Shown in pieces: positions 61,493 to 64,000 of a stretch of 64,000 bases of DNA. Made by a program: the position numbers and the translations under genes. Numbering within the stretch: position 1 is the first letter of the stretch; the number at the start of each line of letters is the position of its first letter. The notes under the pieces were generated by a model. It saw nothing but the letters and a program-made list of their open reading frames with translations, was not told the DNA's origin and did not search any database. The stretch is from Phoronis australis (taxonomy: Eukaryota; Animalia; Phoronida): contig NMRA01000080.1 in the NCBI GenBank assembly GCA_002633005.1, positions 150,133 through 214,132 on the forward strand. Direction: 5' to 3'.

Positions 61493-63720
61493 TACTGAAC
61501 CTTAATAATTCTTGTACACAAACCGATTGCGCCGCTTTAATTTCCGTGCATCACCATTTTTAAAAACCCATGATTATTTTGGTTCGTTTTGTGGTGTAAC
61601 CCTGTTTTTAATTGTTGTTTGTTGCTGTTGCGCGCGGCTCAGTACTCAGTAAGTGTTCCTGTAACTGCTCCCCTTTGACAAGCTTTGGAACAAACGAAAT
61701 TCCTTGACCAATGGAAAAACAGCTCAACGCATTTAAACTTGAATGTTTATTTTGAGTTAAGAAATTTCAAGTAAAAATATGCTGATTGTTCTCAAAAGCT
61801 TTCAAAAGGTAACAATCCCCTTTTCTAAAAAGCCAAATCAATTACTGGTAATTTACCGGCGATTAAATAAAAGATGAAACTTGGTTCGTGATAATTTTCA
61901 TAGTTTCATTATTTCCTTTGGACGTTTTCCGACTTCAGTTGTTCAATCCAATTAAAGTCAAAAGCATTCGTAGTATAAAACGTACTGTGTATTGTCGTTT
62001 TAAAAGCACTCGAACAAATATTTTGAAAAAGCACTGCTTCAACCCGCAACGCCGATAACAAGCCGACATTTGCATAACCAAGTTTACAAACCCGGGGAAT
62101 AATTTCTGGTCCCAGTTGCTATAGTTAATCATTACTTCAAATTTTGTTTCCCATGCCTTCAATCTTATTTCTCTTAAAATTAATTTAAAAATTACGCCAT
62201 GGTATCAACCGAGCGTTTTACTTTGCCACAGAACAAAGAAATTTAGTTATTCCATTGGTCATAGTTGAGGGTAAACAATTTTTAAGTGCAGTCGAGGACC
62301 AACCATTGTTCGGCGACACAATTTCATGCAAATCCAAAACTTCTGTCTATTCTTTTGTACTTTTCCACGAGATGTGTAAAGATTTAGCAACCTGGACGCA
62401 AGTGCATATCTGGACATAGATCTTGAGAGAGCGGTGAAATAGTTTTGTTTATTCTTTATTTATTTATTTATTATTCATGTATCGTGGCGGGAATCTGGAA
62501 ATCAGTTTCTTTCCATTGTTCAAAGGTAAATTAAGTTTTTCATGACCACGCGCATGAACATTACAGTCTAAAATAATTTTTTCAACGTCTGTTCGATTTT
62601 GATTCCTAATGTCGAGTTACATTTCGGCGTTTTCCCGTTGCTCCCAACTTGTTCGATTCTATAGCCCAACAACAAGTCGGGAAGTTTACCCGGCCCCTAT
62701 AGCCAATATCTTACACGACTGATTCTGACCATTCTGGCATTTATGGTTGGAGGGCCAGCCCTCTTTTATTCGATAATTGCTCTAATCTCCAACGTATCTA
62801 CCCTGGCTGGGCTGTGGTGTTAAAAATAAAAATTAAGTTTATTTACAACATATTTGAACATAAACCTATAGCATTTCTGAAATCTTCGTCAAATGGTGAT
62901 CATGTCTAGTTTTTGAATCGCCAAAATCGCCCAACTGCAACCGAAGTTACGACAATCTATTCTTTCCGAATACACCAATTCACTCTGAGTTTGACTGTGT
63001 TCACACGTGGTCTTTAAGAAGCCTGATAGATTAGTGGCCTGCATGTTATCATAATAGACAAAAGAGTGTGCTTGGCAGTTAGCAAAGAAGCTAGATGTTA
63101 TCACAAGCTCAGAACCCCCTACGTCTGGTAAAGTCATTGAACGGGAAAACGCGGTCATGCTCGAGTTGTACCAGGCACAAACATACACGTATAGTGCATG
63201 ACGAGATTAATCGAGGTCTCCCGACAGTAAATTGCAATCCTGTCGTTCAGTGATTTGAAATTTCTGTGCTCAGTAAAAATTTTATTACATCGATTCTCAC
63301 AGGCAATCCTGTACGTAACTAGTCGATTTTCACCTAAAGTGTAACCTAGGATACCACATCTCAGGTGTACGAAAGGCTCTTACATTAATTACCGCGAACT
63401 TTTTTATCAGCTACTTTCTCGAATGAAACACACATACCTATTTCGTTTTATGCATAATTTTTCATCGTCAGTAAACTTAAGAATACTGTGATGTCAAGAA
63501 ATCCTTTAGCTAAAGGACAGGCCTATTAAATTAATCTTATTTTTCAAAACAATCATTTGAATGAACCTTTGCCCAACTTTTCTGTCCTTACCTATCTTTT
63601 TCTTTCTTTACACAACTTGGGCAATTATTGAGAGGGGGTGGGTGCCAGAACGCTGACACTCAGAAGTTGCGACCATTCCGGTATGCATGAGCAAACGTTC
63701 CAGGACTTCAACATTCGAAA

Positions 63721-64000
63721 CGTGTCTGCATATTGCTAAATAATAACTTTGAAAGTGAAGTTGGTAAAATCCATCTTGATGATAAAGGAAACCTTGTTGT
63801 CATCGAATTACTTATTGAAAATCGAGTCTCAATTACGTTAGCTAATATTTATGGTCTCAACAAGGATGACCCTGAATTTTTTAGAACCCTGCTTCAAGTA
63901 GTCTCTGACTACAATTCAGAGTTCATAATCATTTGCGGCGACTGGAATTTGGTTCAGGATTTCAATCTTGACTGTTTAGGATACAAACACCAAAACAATC
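63721..64000 (+). mobile_element. L1/Tx1-type LINE apurinic endonuclease fragment running off the window
   Basis: Open frame VCILLNNNF..DDKGNLVVIEL..ITLANIYGLNKDDPEFF..IIICGDWNLVQDFNLD. Confidence 0.85.

Overview
AT-rich eukaryotic (metazoan, probably marine invertebrate; taxon is inference) draft-assembly window, with N gaps at 24163-24336 and 31309-31834 and single Ns at 13937, 21384 and 43783. Three intron-containing genes were reconstructed by hand with frame-consistent splice sites: a ZDHHC9/14/18-family palmitoyltransferase (minus, 8 exons, ~428 aa, containing a U12-type AT-AC intron), TMEM242 (plus, 4 exons, ~153 aa, head-to-head with the ZDHHC gene across ~400 bp) and CDC37 (minus, 9 exons, ~371 aa, containing a GC-AG intron). 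The ~11.9 kb first intron of TMEM242 holds a nested transposon cluster. It contains a miniature non-coding LTR element (TRIM) with tRNA-like Pol III A/B boxes inside its LTRs, a tRNA-Ser PBS and a PPT, interrupted by a CACTA/EnSpm-like element. It also contains a decayed Gypsy element with a tRNA-Leu PBS, split inside RNase H by a THAP+SWIM (ISL2EU-like) DNA transposon relic, plus a CR1/L2-like LINE and MITEs. The window also has an RTE LINE, an L1/Tx1 endonuclease fragment, a tRNA-SINE, several MITEs and minisatellites, and a 1.7 kb tandem duplication that is probably a haplotype assembly artefact.
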